Source of the DNA: Antedon mediterranea
Lineage: Eukaryota; Animalia; Echinodermata
DNA length: 64,000 nucleotides
Direction: 5' to 3'
Assembly (NCBI RefSeq): GCF_964355755.1
Contig: NC_092672.1
Coordinates: 10,974,001 to 11,038,000, forward strand
The translations under genes were made by a program, and so were the position numbers. The notes under the pieces are model-generated. The model saw nothing but the letters and a program-made list of their open reading frames with translations. It ran no database searches and was not told the origin of the DNA. Within the stretch, counting starts at the first letter, position 1. The number at the start of each line of letters is the position of its first letter. Shown piece by piece: positions 1 to 17,519 of this stretch.

Positions 1-1147
1 TTCACTAGACAGCTTTAACATGTATCCTTTTGAAATCAGAGTGACAGATTAAATGATTACTTATGACTAATAACAAACAAATTTAAAAACTTGCCCCTAC
101 TATCAAAATTCTATTCTTAAATCAATCCTTGGGGTTATCATTGGTGAATATCCATAAGAATCTAATCAATTGCCAGAATGAAACCCATCCAAGGCCTGTC
201 AATGATAAGCAAATTGGGTAGATTTCATTTAACCCATGGCAACTATACATCATTAATCAACTGTCAAGAATAGTTACAGTACATCACCTTTACATACCCA
301 GACGTTACCAAGTTCATAGGTTATTTTCTCTGCTGTATCATAATATCAAGTTGTGACTGTAAGTCCATTGAAACGTTACTGATATATTTGCCTGTTTTTG
401 TTCTGCTATTCACATGGCCCATGGAATGTTGCAGTAAGGTTATACATGGCTGTCATTAGTATTGGCCCATGTATTCAAGCTATTAGTTTGATTGCCCTCG
501 TTTGATACTGTACATTTGAGTCATGTAGTCTGATTCAAATAATAAAAATATAATATGCAACATTTAAAATATAATAATATATTTTGAACAATTTGGAGGT
601 TTCTGCTAATTTGTGAAAATGATGACATTATAAAATTAAATCTCACATCAAACCTTAATGATGATAAATAGTTACTGACATATACAGCTGTATTGTAGTA
701 CAATAAGTTAGCATGAGTAGAAATGCACCTGAAAATACTCACTGCATGCCAAAGCAGGCAGGCAGGCTAATTCTTGATACCATTAGTCTGGGGTCAAAGG
801 GATTAACCAGCTTAGCTAATCCCATCACTAAATATCTACAGATGAAGAGAGAATCTCTGGTATTTTGGCCAGGTATCAAATTAAAGCATTAAAATGATAT
901 GATATGGTAACATGAGGCATCACTAATTTACAATACTTTATAGTTATTCAACTTTCGATAAATCAATTTAAGTTACAATTTTTTACGTTGTTGATATCTA
1001 TTTTTAATAATTGATAATTATACCAGTGTTTTCTTTCTTGTAAAAATTGGTATTTAATATTTTTTTCTAAAATATACAGGATGTGTGACAATACTGCGAT
1101 TTATTACTTGCAAAACTTCAATTAATTAAACAAATTTTTTTTTATAG

Positions 1148-7735
<6,588 letters not shown>

Positions 7736-8631
7736 AATTAATACAACTCTATTGACATTTTTAACGTATGCAAATTAATGCTGTTTCCCTAGCTGCTGCA
7801 AGATGTTATGTTCTTATGTCTTAGATATTGTTTACTACATTGCCTGATTTGCTTACAATTAATTGTGCCATTATACACTATATTTTGCTAATACTTTTCC
7901 AACACGATGAACAAACAGTAACAATTTTAAGTGTTTTATGAACAAAATGAAATGATTTCTTCCATACAAAAAGTACCATTCAGCTGGCATTTAAATTCCA
8001 CCGATAAGTTTGTACAAAGTGTAAGTAAAAGATTTAAATATTATCATATAGCCTTGTATATATATGCATTCTTTTTTATAAGCTGTTTTAACATATTTTA
8101 GACCATAAATATTTTATTGTTTCATTGCAATTATTGTATATTAATTTAAAGTTTTTTTTTCTTCTTTATTACATCTCTTTTGTATACTGTAGAAAGTAGA
8201 ATTTCAATTTAAAAAATTGAATTATTACTAAATGATATAAAATAACATGTACAATTTTGTACATGGTAAGCATAACACAGATCATGTAATGTAAGTGAAG
8301 TTGTAAAGACATGTTACTATGACTGTTATTATGGGGGAAGACCTCAACCTTGGTGCTTGAATAGTGACATGTAAAAATAGTAGAAGGTATTATATTACTT
8401 ACTGTATGAATATAATAACCTTTGAAATATGTATTTTTACAATGTATAGATCCCTTATCAAAAACACATGGTATTAATCCTGTCCACACAGTATAACCTA
8501 GAATTAAGCTTGTGTTTACATGGAGTAAAATAAAAGATTGTTTGATCAAACAGTGTTGAGACATAATGTAGATTTGTATAAATGTTGAGTAAATTAATTA
8601 ACAATCGCTATTGTACTGTAATGTAAGTTTA

Positions 8632-8750
8632 AAGCCCTGTCTACACTATCGAACTTTATGTGACAATTATGTGCCCATATATAGACATGATGATGTCATC
8701 ACTACTATATTTGGGCACATTTTTTTTGTCAAACTAGTTTGATAGTGTAG
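8632..8750. mobile_element. MITE family A (PIF/Harbinger-like), copy 1, right end truncated
   Basis: aagccctgtctacactatc...agtttgatagtgtag; the same element recurs at 26676, 29085, 47268, 48001 and 54952. Confidence 0.8.
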
Positions 8751-9974
8751 TGTTTAGTCATGGAAGAATCTTCCATAGTTCTAATAAAAATATAAAGATC
8801 ATTGTATTGATAAGAAATAAAAAAGAACACCTTGACAATATGTTCATGTTAAGTTGTACAAGATGAAAAAAAAACAACATTCCCAATCAAACAACTTATA
8901 GACCTACATTTGACATATTCGATTAGGGATATACTGTTAGGTATTGTTTTCCATTGAATGTCTCTGGACAAACGTTTCCCAATCGAATTGTTTGTTTGGT
9001 AATGCTTGTTTCTTTAGTTTTGTGGTGATTGCCTTCCATAATATAGTAGGGACTACTTTTAAAATGTTACAGAAATAAAGTACAGGAATGATTAAGGAAA
9101 GAGGAATTAAAGTTGTATTGCTAAAAATGGGGTATTTATGAACCATAACCAAGTTACAGAGAAACATGAGGAACTTTGGTTTTTGAGGCATGCTTAAATT
9201 CAAAATGGTTGTTACAAGAATTGATGTTCCTATTAAAGCATCAATTTCTAAAACCATTCAACTGATCCATTGTCAGCCTAAGAAATATGTAAAGTTGTAT
9301 AGTATTATAAATAAATATATTAATGGTATTAATGATATTATTTAATATAAAATCTTAAGGAAGATAAATGTAATTGTTAAATTATTTAAAAAGTGTATTG
9401 TTGCATGTATTCTCTGTATAGAATCAATGCAATAATCAGGTGACATATTATTTCATTGTTTTATAAATAAAACTAATTTGTATTATAACAAAAAAAAATG
9501 AATAAAAAATATAACTGCATTTGAAAATTCTGTTGACTAATTGCTTCCGATCGTATTTTCGTTTCGGGACGGTAGAGGAATAGACGCTAAGTTAACAGAA
9601 CGGAATGGAACGTGTATATAGACTACATTCAACAATTTAAAAAAACGTCATGGTCTGTCTTTTCTCTGAAAGAGGTCGCTCGCTCGATTTAATTCAATAC
9701 TTATTTATCATTTTGCATTTATTCTGTTATAAAACGCCTCAACAAAGTTAACAGCAGTACATTCAATCTTGGTTTACATTTGACCCAACACAGGCCCATC
9801 GTAGGTAATTTGACCAATCACGACACGATGGGTCATCTGAAACTGCTGCTTATGATTAGACAACTCATATATGTTGTGTCTACTCGTTGAGTAATGCATC
9901 CAAGGAGATTGGGGAACCAAGGTTGCCACACTCAAACTAAAAGACTTTTAGCTGATGCAATTACTGGGGGCGTT

Positions 9975-11170
9975 CTATTTGTATACTGATAAATGCCTGT
10001 ACTACAGTACAGGATTTTTTTCGAAAAAAAATATATTAAAGTAACATGCGCTGAACATATTAGGTGTGTCTTGCGAATTTCCTAATTATGATACAGTAGC
10101 CAGTTATGTAAAAAAAATAGAAGGGTCGAAATTTGACGATTTTCCATAAAAATTGATGTACAGGGATTTTTTTTCAAAAAAGATTCAAGATTCAAGATTC
10201 AAGAAATTTTATTTGTCCATAAAAATGGAAATTCACTTTGCTTGGTAGATTAAAACAACAATAAAAAACAAACATAAAAAATGTTGCAACAATTTAAAAC
10301 GTGCAGTATTATAACAGATAAAATACAAAATAAAAAGTTGAAAATAAAAAAACTGTTAAAAATGTAAAACTATTTAAAAATTGCATTATCGTCTTACATT
10401 AGAATTAAAAATATGAATGCTATTTCAAAAATATTGCTATGCCAAAATATTGTGTTTTTAAAATATATATTCAGGTAACATGCGCAGAACACATTGTGTA
10501 TAACAATAACCTTGTTAAATATAAAAGTGTCGAAATTTGACCATTTTCAGTGAAAATCCATGTACTAGTACAGGGATTCTTTTTTTTAAATTGCCAAAAT
10601 ATCGACTGAATATACATTGAAGTAACATGTGCAGAAAACATTATCATGATACAGTCTAGTAACCGATTATGTCAACAACTAGAAGGGTCGAAATGTGACT
10701 TTTTTCCGTAAAAATCCATGTACTATAGTACAGGGACTTTTTACATAAAATTTTTCAAAAAATGTTGACATTTTTATTTTTTTATATAAAGTGGTCCTAA
10801 TATGGCATATAAGTACACATAGTACTATTAGTGCACAATAATTTAATTTAAAAAGTCTATATTTTATAGTACATGAAATTTGTTGAAGAATTGGAAAATT
10901 TGGACCTTTTTATTTTTCAATATAAACATGGACACCATAAGATGGTCAATATACATAGCAATATTAATGTATATTGATTGAATTTTAATAAGTCTATATT
11001 TTGGGTGATTTTGCAACTATAGTACAGGGAATTTGTAGAAAAATGGCAAATATTTTTCGATATAAGTGGTCCTACAACATCATAAAATGGTGATATGGCA
11101 ATATGGACTTTTTAAAATTCAATTATTATGCACTAATATTGTTATATATGCATGTATATTGCCATGAATT
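9975..11170. repeat. Complex modular repeat (direct and inverted modules), probably a decayed transposon end or satellite
   Basis: Module agaagggtcgaaatttgac...aaaatccatgtactatagtacagggattttt repeats 3-4 times. A second module at 10801-10865 recurs at ~10950 and in inverted orientation at 11100-11165. Confidence 0.6.
10183..10425 (-). mobile_element. Probable non-LTR retrotransposon 3' end inserted in the modular repeat
   Basis: On the minus strand AATAAA precedes a (TCTTGAA)3 tail. The host module is interrupted and tttcaaaaa occurs on both sides. Confidence 0.45.
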
Positions 11171-11516
11171 CTTCCTAATACACTATAGACACAAGCAAAA
11201 CTGAACAATTAACATTAAGTGATGTGGTCTGTATCAACTACGCATGTTTGTTCTTCATTCTGTTCAGCTGGTTTTGTATGGACCGTGAACGATTCAATAG
11301 TCGTTGAGTTCTCTCAGTTGGAACCAATGGTAAGCGCTTACTCGAATTGTAAAGATTCTGAAAATAATATAATGAAATGGTTTAGTAGAGCATGTGTGTA
11401 CAGTTTTCATTTTTTTATAATACTAAAATAGCAAATATTTAAGTTCTTGAATTTAAGAAGATGATGCAATGCAATATTGAATAAAGAGTTTGGGTCACAT
11501 GACATTCAATAACTCC

Positions 11517-11548
11517 ATTGAACCATGGAGGTACCTCCATGATTGAAC
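11517..11548. mobile_element. P-like transposon footprint: 18-bp palindrome with 7-bp TSD
   Basis: attgaac|catggaggtacctccatg|attgaac. Confidence 0.7.
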
Positions 11549-12412
11549 CAACGTGACATCAAGAGTGCATTATTCGTACTATAAACATGTCAATTTGTAC
11601 TATGCATATTTATTCTTGTTATATTCAATCACAACCTTTAACTACTTTAGATGTTATTACATAAAACAAATTATTTTTATATCTGTGCAATGGAACAAAT
11701 ATTTTCATGTAAATGATGAATGTTCTATTTTCTGAATATTTTCATTTTTTACTAAATAAAAATATTTGTATCATTGAACTCATTGATTATTTTTATAATA
11801 TTAAATATTCAAATACAGTAAAAATTATGAATTTCCTAGATTAATAAAAATACCATGAATGATTTTATAATAATTTCAAAACTGAAACCAAAACTTACAA
11901 CACGAACCTCCCATTTCCTTGTTTCAATGAAAAATGTATTGACTGTATTTTTATTTAATAGTTGTATAATGTTTGAGCTAAATACATTATGGATAGATCA
12001 GTGGGAGTATGTGTACATAGTTTAACTACTACACCAAAATAAAACTTAGAGAAAGAAGATTGGCCAAATTTGAAACTAATTTTGATTGCAGATAAAAGTG
12101 TAATGCATGCAGAACTTTATGAAGGGCTGATGAGTTTTGGACAAACAAGCGATTTTATGTGACGGTTTTAGTTTGATTTGATCAAGGCATTTAAAATCTA
12201 CAAATACTTGTACGAGTACAAATAAATGAGTAACAAAGGAGGCATTTGTTGATAAAGATTAAAAATTTATTTTTCCTACAGACTTTTGCAATTAAAAATG
12301 TTGGACAGGGAAAGAAAATTATTCTTTATGAACCAATTAAGTGAACTGAAATTAAGAACGACACTAAAAAATTTGCCTGTACATTGAGATCCTAAAAGTC
12401 AGAAAAGGAACG

Positions 12413-13777
12413 ATGGCCAAGTTTAATGCAACCGCTCTACTTTTTATCGTGATTCTGACTTCAATAATATCAACAAGTTTGTCTACTAATTGTAGAAAAA
12501 TATATGGTGCAAGCATTATCATGTATTTAGATGAAGGCGAAATGGAAGACTGCTCTGAAGAACGTGGAATGTATACGTGCGCAAATTGCGCAAATTTCAC
12601 AATCGAGATATGTCCGGAAGCCGGCTATTTTATTTTCACCAAACAAAGTTTTCTCATAATGTGCTGTGCGGTAGTTATTGGTTTGTTCTTATTAATTACG
12701 CTTCCTTACTCCACTTTCATTTACAGTCGGCAAAAAAGAAACAGTCAAGTATTGCCAAGGTCGGGTTCAAAAACGACTACATATCGTCGTCACGATACTT
12801 TATCGCTTAACTTAGATGACGATGCATCATCATTCCCAATGGCTCCAAATGCCATGACGATAAAACCGCCTTCAACAGAAAGAATCAATGTTAGAAGGAG
12901 CTTGACAAATGTTGACACTAAAAAACCAATCACTGATGAGGTCTTAGTTGCGGATCAGCTAAGTAATCAACATATTAGTGTGAATGAGAATAAACCGGTC
13001 CCAGTTACAGAGCAGCTAAGTGATAATCGTATTAGTGTGAACGTGAGTATTAAACAATTTGAAATAGATGAAACACAAGAAGATTACACTTACATTGCAG
13101 GTGAGAGTGAATGTGATTATACAATGATATCCGATTACGAGAATTTGTCCTCGTCAAGCAACATTTACAATAGCACCGACGATCTCACAAAAGAAGATTA
13201 CTTGGTTCCGAACTGGGAACCAAAACTTGACAGCGCCGTCAAAACGTTACCCCTAATTAAACCGTTCTATACAAACGAAGAAATTGAACAATGTCAAAAG
13301 TGTTGCACAGTTGGTGATGGGTATCGTAACGAAATTGTAGCCCTACAACGAACAATCTCGGTAGATCAGTTGGTACCAAAAATCTCACAGAAAAGTGAAA
13401 GGAAATTATCATCTCCGAGTCCTACAAAAAATTATCCACCACCTAACAGCTCAAGTTTTGGAACTCGATTGGGAAGATCGGTGACGGACGTCACAGAATC
13501 ACGAAATTCGAGAAGAATTTCAGGAGAAAATCCCGGATATGTCACAAATGTTAACATTGTATATGAGAACTGGAACACAGAAGGAAATCGAAAACATAAC
13601 ACAATTACGCAGAGAAATCCATTTTTTAGGAGACCACCAGCCACCCTTCCTAAACCGACTGATAGCAGTAAGGTAATGAAAAATCTCACGTTGGAATCAC
13701 GTAAAGTAAATCGCGATAGTTTTATAAGTGATGACTATGAGGACTGTAGCTCGTTGCCAACAACTTTATTCAAGTAA
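12413..13777 (+). CDS. Intronless 454-aa type I membrane protein with small Cys-containing ectodomain and long tyrosine-motif-rich cytoplasmic tail (orphan adaptor-like)
   Basis: 1365-bp ORF in very AT-rich DNA. Signal-peptide-like N-terminus, a second hydrophobic stretch FLIMCCAVVIGLFLLITLPYSTFIY followed by basic SRQKR, then a low-complexity tail with many DY/xY motifs. Confidence 0.8.
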   Translation: MAKFNATALLFIVILTSIISTSLSTNCRKIYGASIIMYLDEGEMEDCSEERGMYTCANCANFTIEICPEAGYFIFTKQSFLIMCCAVVIGLFLLITLPYSTFIYSRQKRNSQVLPRSGSKTTTYRRHDTLSLNLDDDASSFPMAPNAMTIKPPSTERINVRRSLTNVDTKKPITDEVLVADQLSNQHISVNENKPVPVTEQLSDNRISVNVSIKQFEIDETQEDYTYIAGESECDYTMISDYENLSSSSNIYNSTDDLTKEDYLVPNWEPKLDSAVKTLPLIKPFYTNEEIEQCQKCCTVGDGYRNEIVALQRTISVDQLVPKISQKSERKLSSPSPTKNYPPPNSSSFGTRLGRSVTDVTESRNSRRISGENPGYVTNVNIVYENWNTEGNRKHNTITQRNPFFRRPPATLPKPTDSSKVMKNLTLESRKVNRDSFISDDYEDCSSLPTTLFK

Positions 13778-13935
13778 AGAACAATGTGATAAATAATAAT
13801 GGATGAACAATGTGATACATGTCATCATAATGGCTGAACAATGTGATACATGTCATCATAATGGATGAACAATGTGATAAATAATATTAATGGATGAACA
13901 ATGTGATACATGTCATCATAATGGCTGAACAATGT
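13778..13935. repeat. ~30-bp minisatellite immediately after the stop codon
   Basis: gaacaatgtgatacatgtcatcataatggat and shorter variants, about 5.5 copies. Confidence 0.9.
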
Positions 13936-13940
13936 TTTCT

Positions 13941-14044
13941 TTTTTAGTCGCGTACAGCTCACTGTGTTGGTCGGTTGGTCAGTGAGTCGGTAAACACTAA
14001 CTCAAATTTGTGCACGCGACTGCAGCTATGTACAAGTCCTTGTT
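13941..14044 (+). mobile_element. Helentron/DINE-like short interspersed element
   Basis: ttttagtcgcgt...(ttggtcggttggtc)...tgcacgcgac...ccttgtt. An inverted copy at ~31111-31555 is split by a MITE. Confidence 0.55.
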
Positions 14045-14059
14045 AATTGAATGTACGGG

Positions 14060-14398
14060 TTAAAGATATATTGCCCCTCTGAAAAAGTGATTCTTAAACA
14101 AGTTGTTGGTGTATATGCCATTTTAATGTCATATAAATTAGTTATGACTAAAAATTGGATTGAACAAATTTATTTACCTAAAAATAATGTAATTTAAAGC
14201 CAAAAATAGTCAAATCGACTTCCAGTCAATGTTTTTTTGTTTAATTAACCATTTACATGTATTTTGTCATTTTATAAGTAAAAACATTATTATTTTTTTT
14301 TTCTATGGAGGTGATTAACTTTAAATATTAACTAGAAAATAACCTATTCAAAGTCTAATTTAAATCATTTTCATTTTTCAGGGACAATGCATCTTTAA
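14060..14398. mobile_element. MITE family B (TTAA-flanked, Kolobok-like), copy 1
   Basis: ttaa-agatatattgccc...gggacaatgcatct-ttaa. Related copies at 19783-20052, 46924-47153 and 54086-54403 share internal sequence. Confidence 0.75.
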
Positions 14399-15654
14399 AA
14401 AATGTAATACTGATGTTTGTAAGAAAAATATTTTTGTTATTTTCAATTTCAAACTGTAAATTTTGTCATTTGTAAATAAATGCTGATATAGATAATGCTA
14501 ATTTTTTAATATGAGGAAATAATAATACTGTAATAATAATATGATGCCACAGAAATATCTCCAAAACAAACAATATTTCCTTTAACAATGTGGAATAATT
14601 AAACCACATTTTTTGATATTTAAAATCATTTTAATTTGACTAAAATTTAAAAACTACAAAAAAAAAGCTAAAACTTTGGTCGTTTTGTATTTTTATATGG
14701 ATTTTTTTTTATATATTATGAAATTTGATGTCAATAATTAAAAATAAATTCTTCACTTTTTAAGAAATTAATATTGCAAGCTAAAAAGTTATCATGCAAA
14801 TGTCTTCTTTTAATCTATTTTTTGTCTTAATATTTTTAATTGATGCACAAAGGAAGAAAAAATGTATATTTGACAATAAGATATACAGTAAACAATTTCA
14901 AAGTAGATGAATGCATCATAATTGTTATAATCTAAACTGTAGTCCAAGTAGTGAAAAGACATTAGAGAACTTTAACTTTCTCTACAATGATTTTAAAACA
15001 TTTAAGAAGTTTTAATAAGATAGAATGCACTAAGATGGAGCATTAAAAAAATAATTAGAAATTGTATATTATGTATTAACAATTAGCTTTAATTTAATTG
15101 TTGTTAGGCTGTATAAAATAAAAGGTATGCAAGAATGAATAAAGCAACTGTTTAGCAAAGAGGTAGTAAATAATTCATTTCATGAATGTTAACCATTGAG
15201 GTATTATTAGTAGATTGGCTAGAAGGCAGTTTTTATAAAATTAAATATATTGGTAATTGGAATGAAATTAATAATTTGTTGGTAAACGCAGATACGCTCA
15301 ACACCGCCGTAGTAGTGCATGATTACGTAGGGGGGCGTTACTGGCATATAACATGTTCGATTGCAGCCGCCATCTTGTTCGTTCCCTTTTTATGAAGAAT
15401 CACTTTTTCAACTGCAATAACATTGGAGTCTGCCCTCTAGACAATCTATAATATCTCAATGAGGGTAACCTTTCTATAGACAGATTTAATAAAAAGAGTT
15501 AAGTAAATAGAGAGCATCACATTGGGCAATCAAACACATCATTGTGTCATTCCCTACTTGGTCATAAACCACCTATACCTCTGTTGCAGTGTGCTGAATG
15601 TACAGTATCAACGGCGGGAGGTATCTTATTCTAATGATCCTCATATGCGGAATA

Positions 15655-15903
15655 TAATAATAATATTTGTTTTTTATATAGCGCTTATTGCACAATGCTT
15701 CTAAGCACTCATTATTATCCCAGTCATTGGACCAAACACGATGGAAACATACTCCCATAATGCAGCTAGTAATCAGCGCAAAGTTGTGTTTTGATCTAAC
15801 CGGGAACCCATTTATACACCTAGTTGGATAGAGGCAAATGTAAGTAAAGTATCTTGCCTAAGGATCTCACGATCAGTAGTCCAACACACTGCGCCACACG
15901 CCC
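15655..15903 (-). mobile_element. tRNA-derived SINE with CORE/Meta-type central domain
   Basis: Minus strand: A-box-like head gggcgtgtggcgcagtg, then ccttaggcaagatactttac...ggtgtataaatggg, and an L2-like tail aagcgctatataa...tattattatt. Confidence 0.7.
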
Positions 15904-16782
15904 TTGTTATTGACTTGAAGACCATTATAATAGGTTACTTTTATTAAAACTGTACTATAAAAAAAATAATGTATACTGTATTGTTCTGATGTGGTTCTTC
16001 ATACAATAATATATAATTAGTTTAAATACAAAATAATTTGTTGAAACAGAAAATGGCAGCCATTTTAAGGAGTTTCTGCCCTGTTGTCATCACTTTGCTA
16101 TCACCTAGTTCATTCTCTAGCAATTAGAGCATCTCTTTGATCAAATCACAATTGTATATTATTATTAATAATGAGAGTAAAAACATTGCTTATGAAACTA
16201 ACCACAATCTTACATCAGGATTGTAAGTACATTGCTCAGACAATAAAAACTATGCAGATAAACGTACCTAGAAATGAATTTCACAATGATCTATTTTTAG
16301 AAAACTGTTATTTTAGACAGCTATAAATAATTTTGCTAGTGAATATACCAACAAATTTTTAAAGACAGTTTTGATATTTTTCGTTAAGTTTCCGTGTTTA
16401 TTTCGATAAGAAACTATAAAAACTTTAAATAATATCAAAAATAGTTTTACTTTCAAATGATTTAATAATAATAAGATATAATAAGATATGATAAGTATAC
16501 CATGTGACTCTACAGTATATTTAATAGTTTAATATTCCTCATAATATTGTATTTGTAATATCACAGTATACCCTGTTGACTCTATATTTAATATTCCTCA
16601 TAATATTTGTATTGTTAGTATTTGATTAAGGTGTGGCTTTTACGATAGATTATGCTGATTGTTTTAATTTCGTTTTTTAATTACGGTAATTGTAATATAA
16701 CAGTTTTATTAGTTATTTTAAGATAATATCAGGAAGGTAAATCATTAGTCTGTTGTGAATAAAATAAAATGCATTAAAAAAT

Positions 16783-17430
16783 ATAATAATAAAGATTTAT
16801 ATAGCACAGTATCCGCAACAATAGCATTCTGTGGACTTAGTTGATACACCTAGACAGATTGCGTGGTGCAACAATAGCATTCGGTAGACTTAGTTGTTTC
16901 ACCTAGACAGATTGCGCGGTGCAACAATAGCATTCTGTGGACTTAGTTGTTACACCTAGAGAGATTGCGCGGTGCAACAATAGCATTCTGTGGACTTAGT
17001 TGATACACCTAGACAGATTGCGCGGTGCAATAGCATTCTGTGGACTTAGTTGTTACACCTAGACTGATTGCGCGGTGCAACAATAGCATTCTGTGGACTT
17101 AGTTGTTACACCTAGACAGATTGCGGGGTGCAACAATAGCATTCTGTGGACTTAGTTGTTACACCTAGACAGATTGCGCGGTGCAACAATAGCATTCTGT
17201 GGACTTAGTTGTTACACCTAGACAGATTGCACGGTGCAACAATAGCATTCTGTGGACTTAGTTGTTACACCTAGACAGATTGCGCGGTAGTTGGCAGCAC
17301 CAACATTCTTTTCGCCCAAGACTCCCTTCATGTTGGTGCTGCCAACTACAGCATAATCTCTTCTATTCACAACAGTGGCTGTGTGAGCTAGTACACCGGG
17401 GTAACCCCCTACTTGCCTCAAAAGATGTAC
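16783..17430 (-). mobile_element. SINE-like fragment (Nin-type similarity) containing an expanded minisatellite and a hairpin
   Basis: L2-like tail (gtgctatataaatc-tttattattat on the minus strand) at the left end; caccggggtaacccctact at the right end resembles Nin-domain SINEs as recalled from memory. Confidence 0.45.
16815..17288. repeat. 53-bp tandem repeat, 9 copies
   Basis: Unit gcaacaatagcattctgtggacttagttgttacacctagacagattgcgcggt, head-to-tail with no spacers; one copy has a 3-bp deletion. Confidence 0.97.
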
Positions 17431-17519
17431 TATGTAAAGTGCACTATGAAGTAGTGTTCTTATTCATGGTTAGAGAGGTATTAAAATCAAACTCTAATTG
17501 GAAGAGAAATGAACAATTT

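Noticed and set aside
16815-17288. CRISPR array or hammerhead retrozyme array
   Set aside because: Units are head-to-tail with no unique spacers, there are no cas genes and the context is eukaryotic; no hammerhead CTGATGA/GAAA core was seen.
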